NCBI GenBank assembly: GCA_963977445.1
Contig: CAXBPH010000105.1
Span: 1 to 21,206, forward strand
Direction: 5' to 3'
Source: an uncultured bacterium
GTDB lineage: Bacteria; Hydrogenedentota; Hydrogenedentia; Hydrogenedentales; JAEUWI01
Length of the DNA: 21,206 nt
Numbering within the stretch: position 1 is the first letter of the stretch; the number at the start of each line of letters is the position of its first letter. This document shows, in pieces, positions 8,588-18,129 of the stretch. The notes beneath the pieces were generated by a model, which saw only the letters and a program-made list of their open reading frames with translations, was not told the origin of the DNA and did not search any database. The translations under genes and the position numbers were made by a program.

Positions 8588-11395
8588 ATGGCCTTACAAC
8601 CGCTACAGCGGGATGAGCTGATTCGTAGTCTCTGGGGTCGGCCCATGCTGGTCCTGGTCCTTTCCATCGCTATCGGCGGCCTCCTCTGGGTCGTAGAAGA
8701 AAAAAACCATCGGACACAATACCGTCTGGAGCTGGAGGTTACTGCCGAGCAATCGGGCAAGCGCCTTTCCGACTGGGCCGAAGACCGTATGAACCTGTCC
8801 CGCTTTCTCGCTGAGCGATGGGATGATGAATATGTGGATGACCTTTACCGGTATACGCAAGATGCCGCCGAGTTTGTGGAGCGTTTTCCCGGGTTCAAAG
8901 CCTTAAATTGGATGGATTCTGCGGGCGTTATCCGCGTCGTTGTCCCTATGGAGGGCAATGAATCGGTCTTGAACGTGGACTTGAGTAAGAGCGCTTTCCC
9001 AGAAGTGCGGAACGCCCTCCTTCGGGCGAAAGAATCGGGTAGGCCGACCCGTACGCCCGCATTTATCAATCTAATTCAGGGGGGAAGGGGTTTTGCAACG
9101 TATTTTCCTGTCTTTGATGGGGAAGGAAATCATACGGGGTTCATCAATGCCGTCTTCCGGGTCAATGAATTTGTTGAAACGTGCCTGGCGCGGATACAGG
9201 GGGTAGACGAATTTCGTCTGGCCCTTCGCGAAGACAACGGGGTTCTGGTGTATCCCATCGACGCCGAGGAAGACTATTTACAGACAGAGGAGGCGATTTC
9301 GGTCGCGGTCAATGTCATTGATCAAACGTGGGAGCTCAGCCTCGCGCCCGCACCCGCCTTGATTCACGCTCGGACCTTTGATCCCCACCACCTGATTCTT
9401 CCTTTTGCGATTGGTGTGGGCCTCTTGTTGGCCGCCCTGGAGCGAATACTGGCACAGCGAAATCGAGCCTTGCTACTCAGTCAGGCCCAATATCACAAGC
9501 TGTTTCAAGATGCCCCAATCGGATATTTTTCGGTGAAGCCCGATGGGATAATCGAAAAAGTAAATCGTGTGGCCGCTGCCTTGACGGGCTGTAGCCGGGA
9601 GGCAATATCCGGGAAAGATATTTTCGACTTTTTCCCCGACGATGGAAATGTGCGTGACACGGTGCGCCAACAGTTTGAGCAGGTCAGAAATGGAGAGCCC
9701 ATACGGGTTGAAGAAACGCAAATGCTGCGAGAGAATGGGCCACCCTTTTGGGTGATGGCATCGGTCGAAGGCGTCTACAACGCCGATCAAGCGCTGACCC
9801 TTTTTCGTCTGACGATTCGTGATGTCTCCGAGCGCAAAGAGGCGGAGGAGGCCCGAAGTTGTCTGGCGGCCGCGGTCGAGCAGGCTGAAGAAGGCTTTGT
9901 CATCACCAGCGCTTCCGGCACGATTCAGTATGTGAATCCGGCTTTTAATGAATCGGGCATTGGTGCGGAAGGCAGTCTGACGCAGCAGCGGTTGGGGGAT
10001 GTGTTTCAGGCCGCAGGTGTCCCGGAACATGTTGTCGCACCATTGCGAGAGGCCATTGATCGGGGCCAGCGCTGGCAGGGAACATACGCCTTGTCTCGGG
10101 GCCGTGGCAAGACGAAACGGGCCGTCGCAACCCTCTCGCCCTTGCGTGATGATTCGGGGAAACTCTCCACCTTTGTTTTGCTCCAGCGTGACGTGACCCA
10201 TGAAGACGAACTACAAAGCCAACTCCTGCAAGCCCGCAAAATGGAGGCAATCGGACGGCTGGCCGGCGGTATCGCCCATGATTTCAATAACATTCTTCAA
10301 TCGTTGTTGGGCTACGCTTCGCTCGGTCGAAAACAGCGTGAAGACCCCGTCGCGGTAGAGCACTGCCTGATAGAAATCGAGCGCGCCGGTAATCGCGCGG
10401 CGGAGCTGATAGCCCAGATACTCGCGTTCGGTAGAAGAACGGACGAGCCCGATCAGTTGCTGTGGCTGAGAGAAATTATCAACGAAGTGCGCGATTTGCT
10501 CCAGGGAGCGCTGCCAGAGAATATCAATTTTGATGTGAGCACCGAATCGCCCCAGTATCCCATCGTGGGAGACGCTACACAAATACATCAGATTCTCATG
10601 AACCTTGCCTCGAATGCGCAACATGCCATGAGCGATTCGGGAGGTCTGTTAAAAATTGATTCTCGTGCGGTCACCGTATCAGAGGGTGGCACGGACAACC
10701 TGGAAGGGCTTGCACCAGGAGAGTACATGTGTCTCAGCGTAGAAGATTCGGGCGCGGGCATGTCGGATGAAATCAGGCAGCGAGTCTTCGAACCCTATTT
10801 CACCACCCGAGAAGGTGGGCAGGGTAGCGGTCTGGGGCTTGCCATGGTTCACGGTTTGGTCAATCAACACGGCGGCACCGTTCAGGTAGAGAGTGCCCCC
10901 GGTGAGGGGACCACCTTCCTCATATACTTCCCCGTAGTGCACCATGGAAAAACCGAAACGGTGACCGATCTCAAGACCGATGGTGGGGGGGCGATGGATC
11001 ACCAGGAACCTTCGCCAAACAAATTGCGTGTGCTTTACGTAGATGACGAAGTTCAAATAGTGGACAGCATGAGCCGACTCTTGATTCATGCGGGTTTTGA
11101 AGTGGTTGGACACGCAAGCAGTGTGGATGCCCTGGCCTGCTTCCAAGGGAATCCCGAAGCCTTTGATGTGCTGGTCACCGATTTGAGCATGCCCGATATG
11201 AACGGAATCGACCTCGCCAAGGCGATTCACAGCCAACGAAGTAATCTGCCCGTCATACTCTGTTCGGGGTATAGCGACACCTTCGATAGTGAAATCGAGG
11301 ATAACCGTCAGACGATAAAGACCTATCTGGTGAAACCGGTGACGGCTGCTACGTTGCGGGCTGCCATTGAAGATGCCTGTGTCAGGAAAGCGTAG
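8588..11395 (+). CDS. Membrane-bound hybrid sensor histidine kinase (CHASE-like sensor, 2 PAS, HisKA, HATPase, receiver)
   Basis: Two TM segments flank a sensor domain (NLIQGGRGF). Two PAS/PAC regions. H-box GRLAGGIAHDFNN, N-box QILMNLASNA, G1 VEDSGAGM, F-box FEPYFTT, G2 GSGLGL. C-terminal REC domain (VLYVDDE, DLSMPDMNG, KP). AAGGAG RBS. Confidence 0.95.
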   Translation: MALQPLQRDELIRSLWGRPMLVLVLSIAIGGLLWVVEEKNHRTQYRLELEVTAEQSGKRLSDWAEDRMNLSRFLAERWDDEYVDDLYRYTQDAAEFVERFPGFKALNWMDSAGVIRVVVPMEGNESVLNVDLSKSAFPEVRNALLRAKESGRPTRTPAFINLIQGGRGFATYFPVFDGEGNHTGFINAVFRVNEFVETCLARIQGVDEFRLALREDNGVLVYPIDAEEDYLQTEEAISVAVNVIDQTWELSLAPAPALIHARTFDPHHLILPFAIGVGLLLAALERILAQRNRALLLSQAQYHKLFQDAPIGYFSVKPDGIIEKVNRVAAALTGCSREAISGKDIFDFFPDDGNVRDTVRQQFEQVRNGEPIRVEETQMLRENGPPFWVMASVEGVYNADQALTLFRLTIRDVSERKEAEEARSCLAAAVEQAEEGFVITSASGTIQYVNPAFNESGIGAEGSLTQQRLGDVFQAAGVPEHVVAPLREAIDRGQRWQGTYALSRGRGKTKRAVATLSPLRDDSGKLSTFVLLQRDVTHEDELQSQLLQARKMEAIGRLAGGIAHDFNNILQSLLGYASLGRKQREDPVAVEHCLIEIERAGNRAAELIAQILAFGRRTDEPDQLLWLREIINEVRDLLQGALPENINFDVSTESPQYPIVGDATQIHQILMNLASNAQHAMSDSGGLLKIDSRAVTVSEGGTDNLEGLAPGEYMCLSVEDSGAGMSDEIRQRVFEPYFTTREGGQGSGLGLAMVHGLVNQHGGTVQVESAPGEGTTFLIYFPVVHHGKTETVTDLKTDGGGAMDHQEPSPNKLRVLYVDDEVQIVDSMSRLLIHAGFEVVGHASSVDALACFQGNPEAFDVLVTDLSMPDMNGIDLAKAIHSQRSNLPVILCSGYSDTFDSEIEDNRQTIKTYLVKPVTAATLRAAIEDACVRKA

Positions 11396-11413
11396 GAATC
11401 GCCTTTTGTCGCC

Positions 11414-12277
11414 TCAATATACCTCTGGCACAAAAGTCTGGTCCGTAATCGGCGGGCGAACGTAGCCAGTCTCAATGACTCGCGGGGGAAGCTCAATCGG
11501 TTCCGGCGTCAAATCCTCGTATGGTATCGTACTCAATAAATGGGCGATACAGTTGAGCCGTGCCCGCTTCTTTACGTCGGCATTTACGACATTCCATGGC
11601 GCCTGTTTAATGTCGGTGTGATTAAACATGTCATCTTTCGCCTTGGAATACTCCAGCCACTTGGATCGTGATGCCAAATCCATGGGGCTCAGTTTCCACC
11701 GTTTCGTCGGATCGGTCAGGCGTGCCCGGAAGCGTTCTTCCTGAATCTGGTCATCGACCGAAAACCAGTATTTAATCACGATGATGCCAGAGCGAACCAA
11801 CATGCGCTCATACTCCGGGCAGGATCGATAAAACTCGTCGAGCTCCTCTTTGGTGCAAAACCCCATGACACGTTCAACACCCGCGCGGTTATACCAACTC
11901 CGGTCAAACAACACCATCTCACCAGCAGCCGGGAGGTGGAGCGCATAGCGCTGAAAATACCACTGACTCTTTTCCCGTTCTGTGGGTGTGCCGAGGGCGA
12001 CAACACGGCATACACGTGGATTTAGGCATTCCGTGATGCGCTTGATAGCACCGCCCTTGCCCGCCGCATCTCGCCCTTCAAAGAGGACGACGACCTTGAG
12101 CCCCTCTGCCTTAATCCACTCCTGAAGCTTGACCAGCTCGATCTGAAGCTTGCCCAGGGCTTCCTCATAGTCCTTTTTAGAAATCGACCTTCGTTCGGGG
12201 GGCAGGTCGATCTCGGACTTTTTCTTGTGGTCCTTTTCCTCGGTCTTCTTTTTGTCTTTCTTCTTATGCTTACTCAT
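11414..12277 (-). CDS. ppk2: Polyphosphate kinase 2 (single-domain, class I-like)
   Basis: Walker A FEGRDAAGKGG, LFDRSWYNRAGVERVMGF and KRWKLSPMD. GAGGAG RBS. Confidence 0.97.
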   Translation of the reverse strand: MSKHKKKDKKKTEEKDHKKKSEIDLPPERRSISKKDYEEALGKLQIELVKLQEWIKAEGLKVVVLFEGRDAAGKGGAIKRITECLNPRVCRVVALGTPTEREKSQWYFQRYALHLPAAGEMVLFDRSWYNRAGVERVMGFCTKEELDEFYRSCPEYERMLVRSGIIVIKYWFSVDDQIQEERFRARLTDPTKRWKLSPMDLASRSKWLEYSKAKDDMFNHTDIKQAPWNVVNADVKKRARLNCIAHLLSTIPYEDLTPEPIELPPRVIETGYVRPPITDQTFVPEVY

Positions 12278-12553
12278 GTCGGTGCTCCTCTGGGCGTAAA
12301 CATCGGTCTCGTCCCGGTACTTTCTCCCACTGGTCCTGCACAGAACATCGTGCGAAGGGCTTCATCAGTAGCGTACAATCCGGATTCCGACATGGGTAAC
12401 GGTAGGGCATGATTCACACGGTTTTCAAGCAGGGATTTTGTCGTGATATCCATTGGCGAGGCCGTGTAGTGTCCCTTATCCGTAGCGCCTGTGTATGATG
12501 TGGCACGAGGAACGTCCGCGCCGACGCGTGACAGGACTATTCAGGAGAGTAAA

Positions 12554-13684
12554 ATGGCCCGCCACGAATTTGAAAGTATCTCCGAGTTAAAACGCTACCT
12601 CGACGCGTCGAAAGACCTCACGGGTGCTTCGTTTCAGTCCCTGGATCTCACGGGAATGGAGGAGACCTTGTCCGGCGCGACGCTGGTAGACAATTTACTG
12701 CTTGGATGCGTCGTGCCGCCACCAGTCCTGGCCCTCTTCACGGAGCCCGTTTTGTTTCCGTCGTTGCCGGGCCTCAACTTTAATCCCTTTCGGGCGCTAC
12801 TTTATACCCCGGAAGAATTGCTCGGGGCCTACCGGCTCGGGGATCCCGAGAGTTACGCGGAAACACTGGATGGCATCGTCTATAAGCAGTATCGAGACGA
12901 GTACGAAGACGAGAACACGGATGTCCGAACGACCCTGGCCCGTCGTCTGCATGACCATGCCATTACCGACGCACTCCAGGAATATCTGGTGGGCAAACGT
13001 GTGGTGGCGATTATGGGCGGGCACTTTCTTGGTCGCGATGATCCCCGCTATCTTGAGGTGGCCCGACTTACCCGGGATCTCATTCATGCAGGCTATCTGC
13101 CCGCAAGTGGCGGTGGCCCAGGGGCCATGGAGGCAACCCATCTGGGCGCCTGGTTCGCAGAGCGTCCCGATGAAGAATTGATGGATGCCGTGGCCATACT
13201 CTCCCGTGCACCCACCTATTCCCCAATCGCTCCCTGGCTCGACGCAGCCTTCGAAGTGGCACGGAAGTACCCCGTGACGTCTCGAGAGCGATGTGATAGC
13301 CTTGGGGTGCCTACCTGGCGCTATGGTCACGAGCCGCCGACCTGTTTCGCCTTGCACATCGCAAAATACTTCGCCAACAGTGTCCGCGAAGACGGACTGC
13401 TATCGCTTGCGCGAAATGGCGTTGTTTTTGCCCCAGGCAGTGCGGGAACCATCCAGGAAATATTTCAGGACGCCACCCAGAATCACTACAAGATCTTCGG
13501 CGGCGTAAGTCCTATGATCTTTTATGGTGCGGAGTACTGGAACACGACGAAGCCCGTTTTTCCCGTCCTGAAAGAGTTGGCGGCGGGGCACGACTACAGC
13601 CGCTATCTCAGCATTACGGATGACCGCCATGAAATTGTTCGGCAGATTGATGCCTTCGCAGCTACCGTGAAAGAAGTCTGGTAA
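12554..13684 (+). CDS. LOG/SLOG family Rossmann-fold nucleotide-binding protein (putative nucleotide phosphoribohydrolase)
   Basis: SGGGPGAMEA, PTWRYGHEP, KYFANSVREDGLL and PGSAGTIQE (PGGxGTxxE-type motif). ATG 12554 follows an AGGAG RBS. Confidence 0.88.
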   Translation: MARHEFESISELKRYLDASKDLTGASFQSLDLTGMEETLSGATLVDNLLLGCVVPPPVLALFTEPVLFPSLPGLNFNPFRALLYTPEELLGAYRLGDPESYAETLDGIVYKQYRDEYEDENTDVRTTLARRLHDHAITDALQEYLVGKRVVAIMGGHFLGRDDPRYLEVARLTRDLIHAGYLPASGGGPGAMEATHLGAWFAERPDEELMDAVAILSRAPTYSPIAPWLDAAFEVARKYPVTSRERCDSLGVPTWRYGHEPPTCFALHIAKYFANSVREDGLLSLARNGVVFAPGSAGTIQEIFQDATQNHYKIFGGVSPMIFYGAEYWNTTKPVFPVLKELAAGHDYSRYLSITDDRHEIVRQIDAFAATVKEVW

Positions 13685-13793
13685 GAATCGTTGTCACCAT
13701 TGCGGCCGAGTCACACACGTCGATTTGACCGTTCACCTTGTACATCGACGACAGCAACCGGTATATTCCCAAGTTCAACTTGGAGGAAGTACT

Positions 13794-16271
13794 GTGACCC
13801 GAACTAAATCGCTTTTCTATGGTGCCAATCTCGCAGTTGCTGCCATCGTGTCGGTGGCGGCATGTGCCGACCCAATCCTGCTCGAAGTCGAAGACTTCAA
13901 GGGGCCGTGGCAAACGCAAGACAATATATCCGGCTTTTCTGGTGCCGGTTTTTGTACCTCGAATGCCAAAGACCCCGATATTGCGGACACGTCTATGGAC
14001 GGTAGCGCCACCATCTCGGAAGCAGGGCTCTACGCTGTCTGGACCCGCGGCTATACCTCAGAAAACACCAACAGGGCCTACCAGTTGGTGGTGGGGGAGA
14101 CCCGCTTCGCACCAACCCACGAAGGTTCGGAGCGCCAGTGGTCCTGGCAAAAGGCCGGAGAAATAACCTTGCCTGCGGGGACGGTTGCGGTGAAGGTGGT
14201 GGATACGGCCGATGGCTTTGAATCCGTCGATGCCATCCTACTCACCCGGGACCTGACCGTAGCACCCGACGCGGCCCTGCAGGCCAGGGAACGGTGGCAG
14301 GTCTACCCCCATGGACTTCCCGGAGCCGCAGACCCACTCCGTTTCAACATCGAAGCCAGTCGTGATGCCCTCGCATTGCGGACCGATCCCACCTCCGCCG
14401 AGGAGTGGGCCGCACGGGCACCCGTCATCAAGGCCGCATTGCAGGAAAGCCTGGGGCTGGCTCCCTGGCCTGAAAAAACGCCACTGAATGGAAAAGTGAC
14501 GGGCCGTGCGGAGCGGGACTTCTATTTCATTGAAAATATCGTCTTTGAGAGTCGACCGGATTTTTACGTCACCGCCAATCTCTATATACCCAAGAATATC
14601 AGCGCTCCTGCGCCCGCCGTGGTGGTCGTGCCGGGCCATGCCATGGAAGATGGTAAAAACTATGGCCTCTACCAATTGGGCCAATTGGGGATGGTCAAGG
14701 AGGGCATCATTGTCCTCGCCTACGACCCCATCGGTCAGGGAGAGCGCAAGTTGCCCGGTTTTAAACACGATTTGGGCTATGGCTCCCTGCTCGTTGGGCA
14801 GAGCAACGAGGGCTATATCGTTTGGGACAGTATTCGGGCCATTGATTACCTGACAACCCGCGCGGAAGTGGATGTTAATAAAATCGGCCTGGCAGGTAAT
14901 TCAGGCGGTGGCGAAAATGTCTTCTATACCATGCCCCTGGATGAACGTATCCAGGCCGGAACGTCTTTTTCCTTTGTTTGCTCCTATGACCTCTGGCTTG
15001 CGGAGGGCGGCAACCATTGTATTTGTAACCACCTGCCCGGCATCGTCCATGAGATGGAAGAATTCGAGATTGTCGGGCTCAACGCGCCCCGTTCCTTTCT
15101 GGCCGGTAACGGTGCGAAAGACAAAATATTTCCCGTGGCCGGTCACCGGGAAACCATCGAGCGCGCGCAAAATATATATGCCATGGTCGGAGCCGAAGGG
15201 AAGGTCGCGAGCGTTCTCGCCGATGAGGGCCATGGCTGGAGCCAGCCGCTCCGTGAAGCGGGTTGGGGCTGGATGAATCAGTGGCTCCTCGGAAAAGGCT
15301 CCGGCGAGCCAATCCCTGAAGTGGGTTTGACGGCGGAAGACGTTAGCTCGGTAGATATAAAATGCCTTAAAGAGGGCACCATGCCCGAAGGAGCCGAGAC
15401 GGTGGTTACCCTCAATCGCCAACTTGCTGAGGGCTTTATTGCCAATTACAACACGCCCCCGGAAAACAAGGAGGCGTGGGAAGGTCGAGCACCCCAATGG
15501 CGTGAGGAAGTCTGGGCAGTCCTGGGGGGCAAGCCCGAATCCTTCAAGGCCGCACGACGTTTCTCCAAACCCTTCGAGCAGGATGGCCTCTACGTCGAGA
15601 ATATCGTAATTGCCGTCGAGGACAAGATGGAGGTGGGGGCCATCTTCGCACGACCGATTGACCAGGAAGGTGCCAAACCAGCCACCATTTTCATCGGTGG
15701 GCACGACGACAAGCAGGCAGCCGTCCTTACAGGTTATGCGGCGGAGGCCGTGCGTACGGGGCCGGTACTGATACTCGATCCCCGGGGCACGGGCTGGTCC
15801 TACAATCACACCAACCACCTTACGAGTGATTCCATTGTCCTGGGCCGCCCCCTCTTTGCCCAGCAAGTCTGGGATGTAATGCAGGCCCGCAGCTACCTCG
15901 CAGAGCGGGACGACGTGGATGGTGCCCGGATTTCTCTCCATGGAGACGGGCAGGGTGGATTGCTGGCCCTCTATGCCGCCGCTCTCGATGGCGACATTGC
16001 CCAGGTTGAGGCGACCAATGTGTTGGCCAGTTACCGCTACTTCCTGGAAGACGAACAGCCCCAACCCATTGCACTGTGTGTTCCCAATGTGTTGAAGGTC
16101 ATCGACATTCCCCAGGTTGCCGCTCTTGTGGCGCCGAGGCCCCTGGCCGTGTCGGGCGTCGTGGGCTATGGGCTGGCAGGGTTGTCGTCAGAAGATGCCG
16201 CCCGGGACTGGGCCTTTACCACGGCCGCCTATCAGGTTGCAGGGAACGAAGGGGCTCTCCACCTGAAGTAA
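13794..16271 (+). CDS. Exported tandem alpha/beta-hydrolase (acetylxylan-esterase-like) with an N-terminal carbohydrate-binding-like module
   Basis: GTG 13794 follows GGAGGA. Signal peptide (possible VAAC lipobox). FESRPDFYVTANLY, YDPIGQGER, RAIDYL, nucleophile elbow GNSGGG, then a second hydrolase-like repeat (LDPRGTG...VWDV...GDGQGG). Confidence 0.85.
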   Translation: MTRTKSLFYGANLAVAAIVSVAACADPILLEVEDFKGPWQTQDNISGFSGAGFCTSNAKDPDIADTSMDGSATISEAGLYAVWTRGYTSENTNRAYQLVVGETRFAPTHEGSERQWSWQKAGEITLPAGTVAVKVVDTADGFESVDAILLTRDLTVAPDAALQARERWQVYPHGLPGAADPLRFNIEASRDALALRTDPTSAEEWAARAPVIKAALQESLGLAPWPEKTPLNGKVTGRAERDFYFIENIVFESRPDFYVTANLYIPKNISAPAPAVVVVPGHAMEDGKNYGLYQLGQLGMVKEGIIVLAYDPIGQGERKLPGFKHDLGYGSLLVGQSNEGYIVWDSIRAIDYLTTRAEVDVNKIGLAGNSGGGENVFYTMPLDERIQAGTSFSFVCSYDLWLAEGGNHCICNHLPGIVHEMEEFEIVGLNAPRSFLAGNGAKDKIFPVAGHRETIERAQNIYAMVGAEGKVASVLADEGHGWSQPLREAGWGWMNQWLLGKGSGEPIPEVGLTAEDVSSVDIKCLKEGTMPEGAETVVTLNRQLAEGFIANYNTPPENKEAWEGRAPQWREEVWAVLGGKPESFKAARRFSKPFEQDGLYVENIVIAVEDKMEVGAIFARPIDQEGAKPATIFIGGHDDKQAAVLTGYAAEAVRTGPVLILDPRGTGWSYNHTNHLTSDSIVLGRPLFAQQVWDVMQARSYLAERDDVDGARISLHGDGQGGLLALYAAALDGDIAQVEATNVLASYRYFLEDEQPQPIALCVPNVLKVIDIPQVAALVAPRPLAVSGVVGYGLAGLSSEDAARDWAFTTAAYQVAGNEGALHLK

Positions 16272-16283
16272 CGTTATCGATCG

Positions 16284-16327
16284 AAAACGGCCCGGAAGCG
16301 TTCCTGTTCAGGAGTCTTCCGGGCCGT
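16284..16327. terminator. Hairpin/terminator between convergent genes
   Basis: Perfect 12-bp stem ACGGCCCGGAAG (16287-16298)/CTTCCGGGCCGT (16316-16327) with an inner TCCTG/CAGGA stem. An A-tract on the left gives a U-tract on the - strand. Confidence 0.7.
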
Positions 16328-16363
16328 ATGTATTTTATCTAACTAATTCGTAGTGGGCTGTAA

Positions 16364-17650
16364 TCAGCTCGCAACTTTCGCGCTTCGACGACTGCGTTGG
16401 CCGCCATAGCGTTTAGCGTTGCCGGCCTGGGCGGTGCTGTTTCCACCATTGCTGCGGCTACCACCGCGATTGCGGCCGTTGCCATTGCCTTTTCCGCCGC
16501 CACCACCGGTGCCGCGGAATGACCGGGAAATCTCCACCGAGCCCTTCCAGGCAATTTCAGGAATCTGCTTGCCCAGGCCGCGTTCAATTTGAGCGAGCTC
16601 TTTGGCATTGTCCGGGCTGGCAAAGGTAATCGCGTCGCCTTTTTCCTGGGCACGTGCGGTACGGCCAATACGGTGAATGTAATCATCGTATTGTCCTGGG
16701 ATATCGAAATTGATGACGTGGGTCACGCCCTGAATGTCGATCCCACGGGCCGCCACATCGGTAGCCACAAGGATATTGCACTTACCGGCTTTGAAGTCTT
16801 CCAAAGCACGTTGGCGTTGGTTCTGCGAGCGTCCACCGTGAATAGGTTGGGCCTTGAAGCCCTGGCGCTTTAACTGCTTCGCAACGCGATCCGCCCGGTG
16901 CTTGGTGCGGATGAAGACAATGGATGACTCAACGTTGGGCTGCTTCAATACGTCGGCAAGCAGGTCCGCCTTGTCTTCCGTGCGCACCGTATACAGGTGC
17001 TGGGTCACGGCATCCGCAGGTGTGGCGACCACACCCACTTCAATGCGGCGGGGCTTATACTGGAATTCCTGCGTCAGTCGGGCCATTTCCTGAGCGAAGG
17101 TCGCGGAGAACATGAGCGTCTGACGTTCCTGCGGCAGCACGGAAACAATCCGGCGAATGTCCGGAAGGAAACCCATGTCCAACATACGGTCCGCTTCGTC
17201 AAACACGAGGATGGACAAGTTGTTGAAACGTACATTCTTCTGGTTGATATGGTCCAGAAGACGACCTGGCGTCGCAATGATGATGTCTACACCACGGCGA
17301 AGGGAATTAATCTGTGGCTGCATGCCAACACCACCGTAGATACAGGCGCTGCGGAGCTTCATCGCTCGTGCGAGGGGCTCTACCACCTGATGAATCTGGA
17401 TGGCCAATTCGCGGGTGGGGGAAAGAACGAGCATACGGCTCGGACCGGCTTTGTGGCGGGAAAGTTCGCAAATGGATGGCAATGCGAAGGCCAGCGTTTT
17501 TCCCGTACCCGTCTGGGCGACGCCCAGGATGTCTTCGCCAGCAAGTGCAGGCTTAAAGGTCTGCTCCTGGATTGGCGTGGGAGTGTCAATGCCTTTCTCG
17601 GCTAAGATGGCAAGACAGGGAGAGGGAATATCAAAATCACTAAAGGACAC
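16364..17650 (-). CDS. DEAD-box ATP-dependent RNA helicase (RhlE-like)
   Basis: Q motif PTPIQ, AQTGTGKT, PTRELA, TPGRL, DEAD, SAT, ARGID and HRIGRTAR, with a Gly/Asn/Arg-rich C-terminal tail. GTG start with an AAAGGGG RBS. Confidence 0.97.
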   Translation of the reverse strand: MSFSDFDIPSPCLAILAEKGIDTPTPIQEQTFKPALAGEDILGVAQTGTGKTLAFALPSICELSRHKAGPSRMLVLSPTRELAIQIHQVVEPLARAMKLRSACIYGGVGMQPQINSLRRGVDIIIATPGRLLDHINQKNVRFNNLSILVFDEADRMLDMGFLPDIRRIVSVLPQERQTLMFSATFAQEMARLTQEFQYKPRRIEVGVVATPADAVTQHLYTVRTEDKADLLADVLKQPNVESSIVFIRTKHRADRVAKQLKRQGFKAQPIHGGRSQNQRQRALEDFKAGKCNILVATDVAARGIDIQGVTHVINFDIPGQYDDYIHRIGRTARAQEKGDAITFASPDNAKELAQIERGLGKQIPEIAWKGSVEISRSFRGTGGGGGKGNGNGRNRGGSRSNGGNSTAQAGNAKRYGGQRSRRSAKVAS

Positions 17651-17839
17651 AATGCGCCCCTTTCAATAAAGGGCCGATAGGTGTAGATCACCACGGCTGC
17701 TGAGGTTTGTTTGCTCAGCTATACACACGTGGGAAAACTCAGAAGGGAGCGTAACCGGAGAGAAAGATGAGCAACTGCGGGAAGCGCTCCCGCGGCGGCA
17801 AGGGTAATTGGAGAGTCCAATTACCCTGAATTTAAATTA

Positions 17840-17869
17840 AGTATACCCGCAATCCACGGGAGAATTCAA
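17840..17869 (-). promoter_or_regulatory. Putative sigma70 promoter of the helicase gene
   Basis: On the - strand: TTGAAT (17869-17864), 18-nt spacer, TATACT (17845-17840), followed by AT-rich sequence. Confidence 0.45.
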
Positions 17870-18129
17870 ATTATAGTGTGCACGACGAGTTGAAGCGCTC
17901 CATACAGGTACGCTGTTCACCGGCCTCGGCACCGGCTACTGCCACATCCAGACAGGGCAGTTCATTGCATTCAGATAGCTCCGCGCCATGGGCCACGCAG
18001 TGATGGCGTTGTGCATGATCGGCTCTTTGTTGTAGAGAGGCTGCGGGTTCAAGAGACTGATAGAACTCAGGTGTGAAACCGTTTTTACGGGAGAACCGTC
18101 AGGCTTTTGTTAGACGGGATTATCCTTAG

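Noticed and set aside
17871..18016. Short - strand ORFs (26 aa from ATG; about 42 aa Cys-containing from GTG) between yhhQ and the helicase
   Set aside because: No convincing RBS or family resemblance; cannot be supported from sequence alone.
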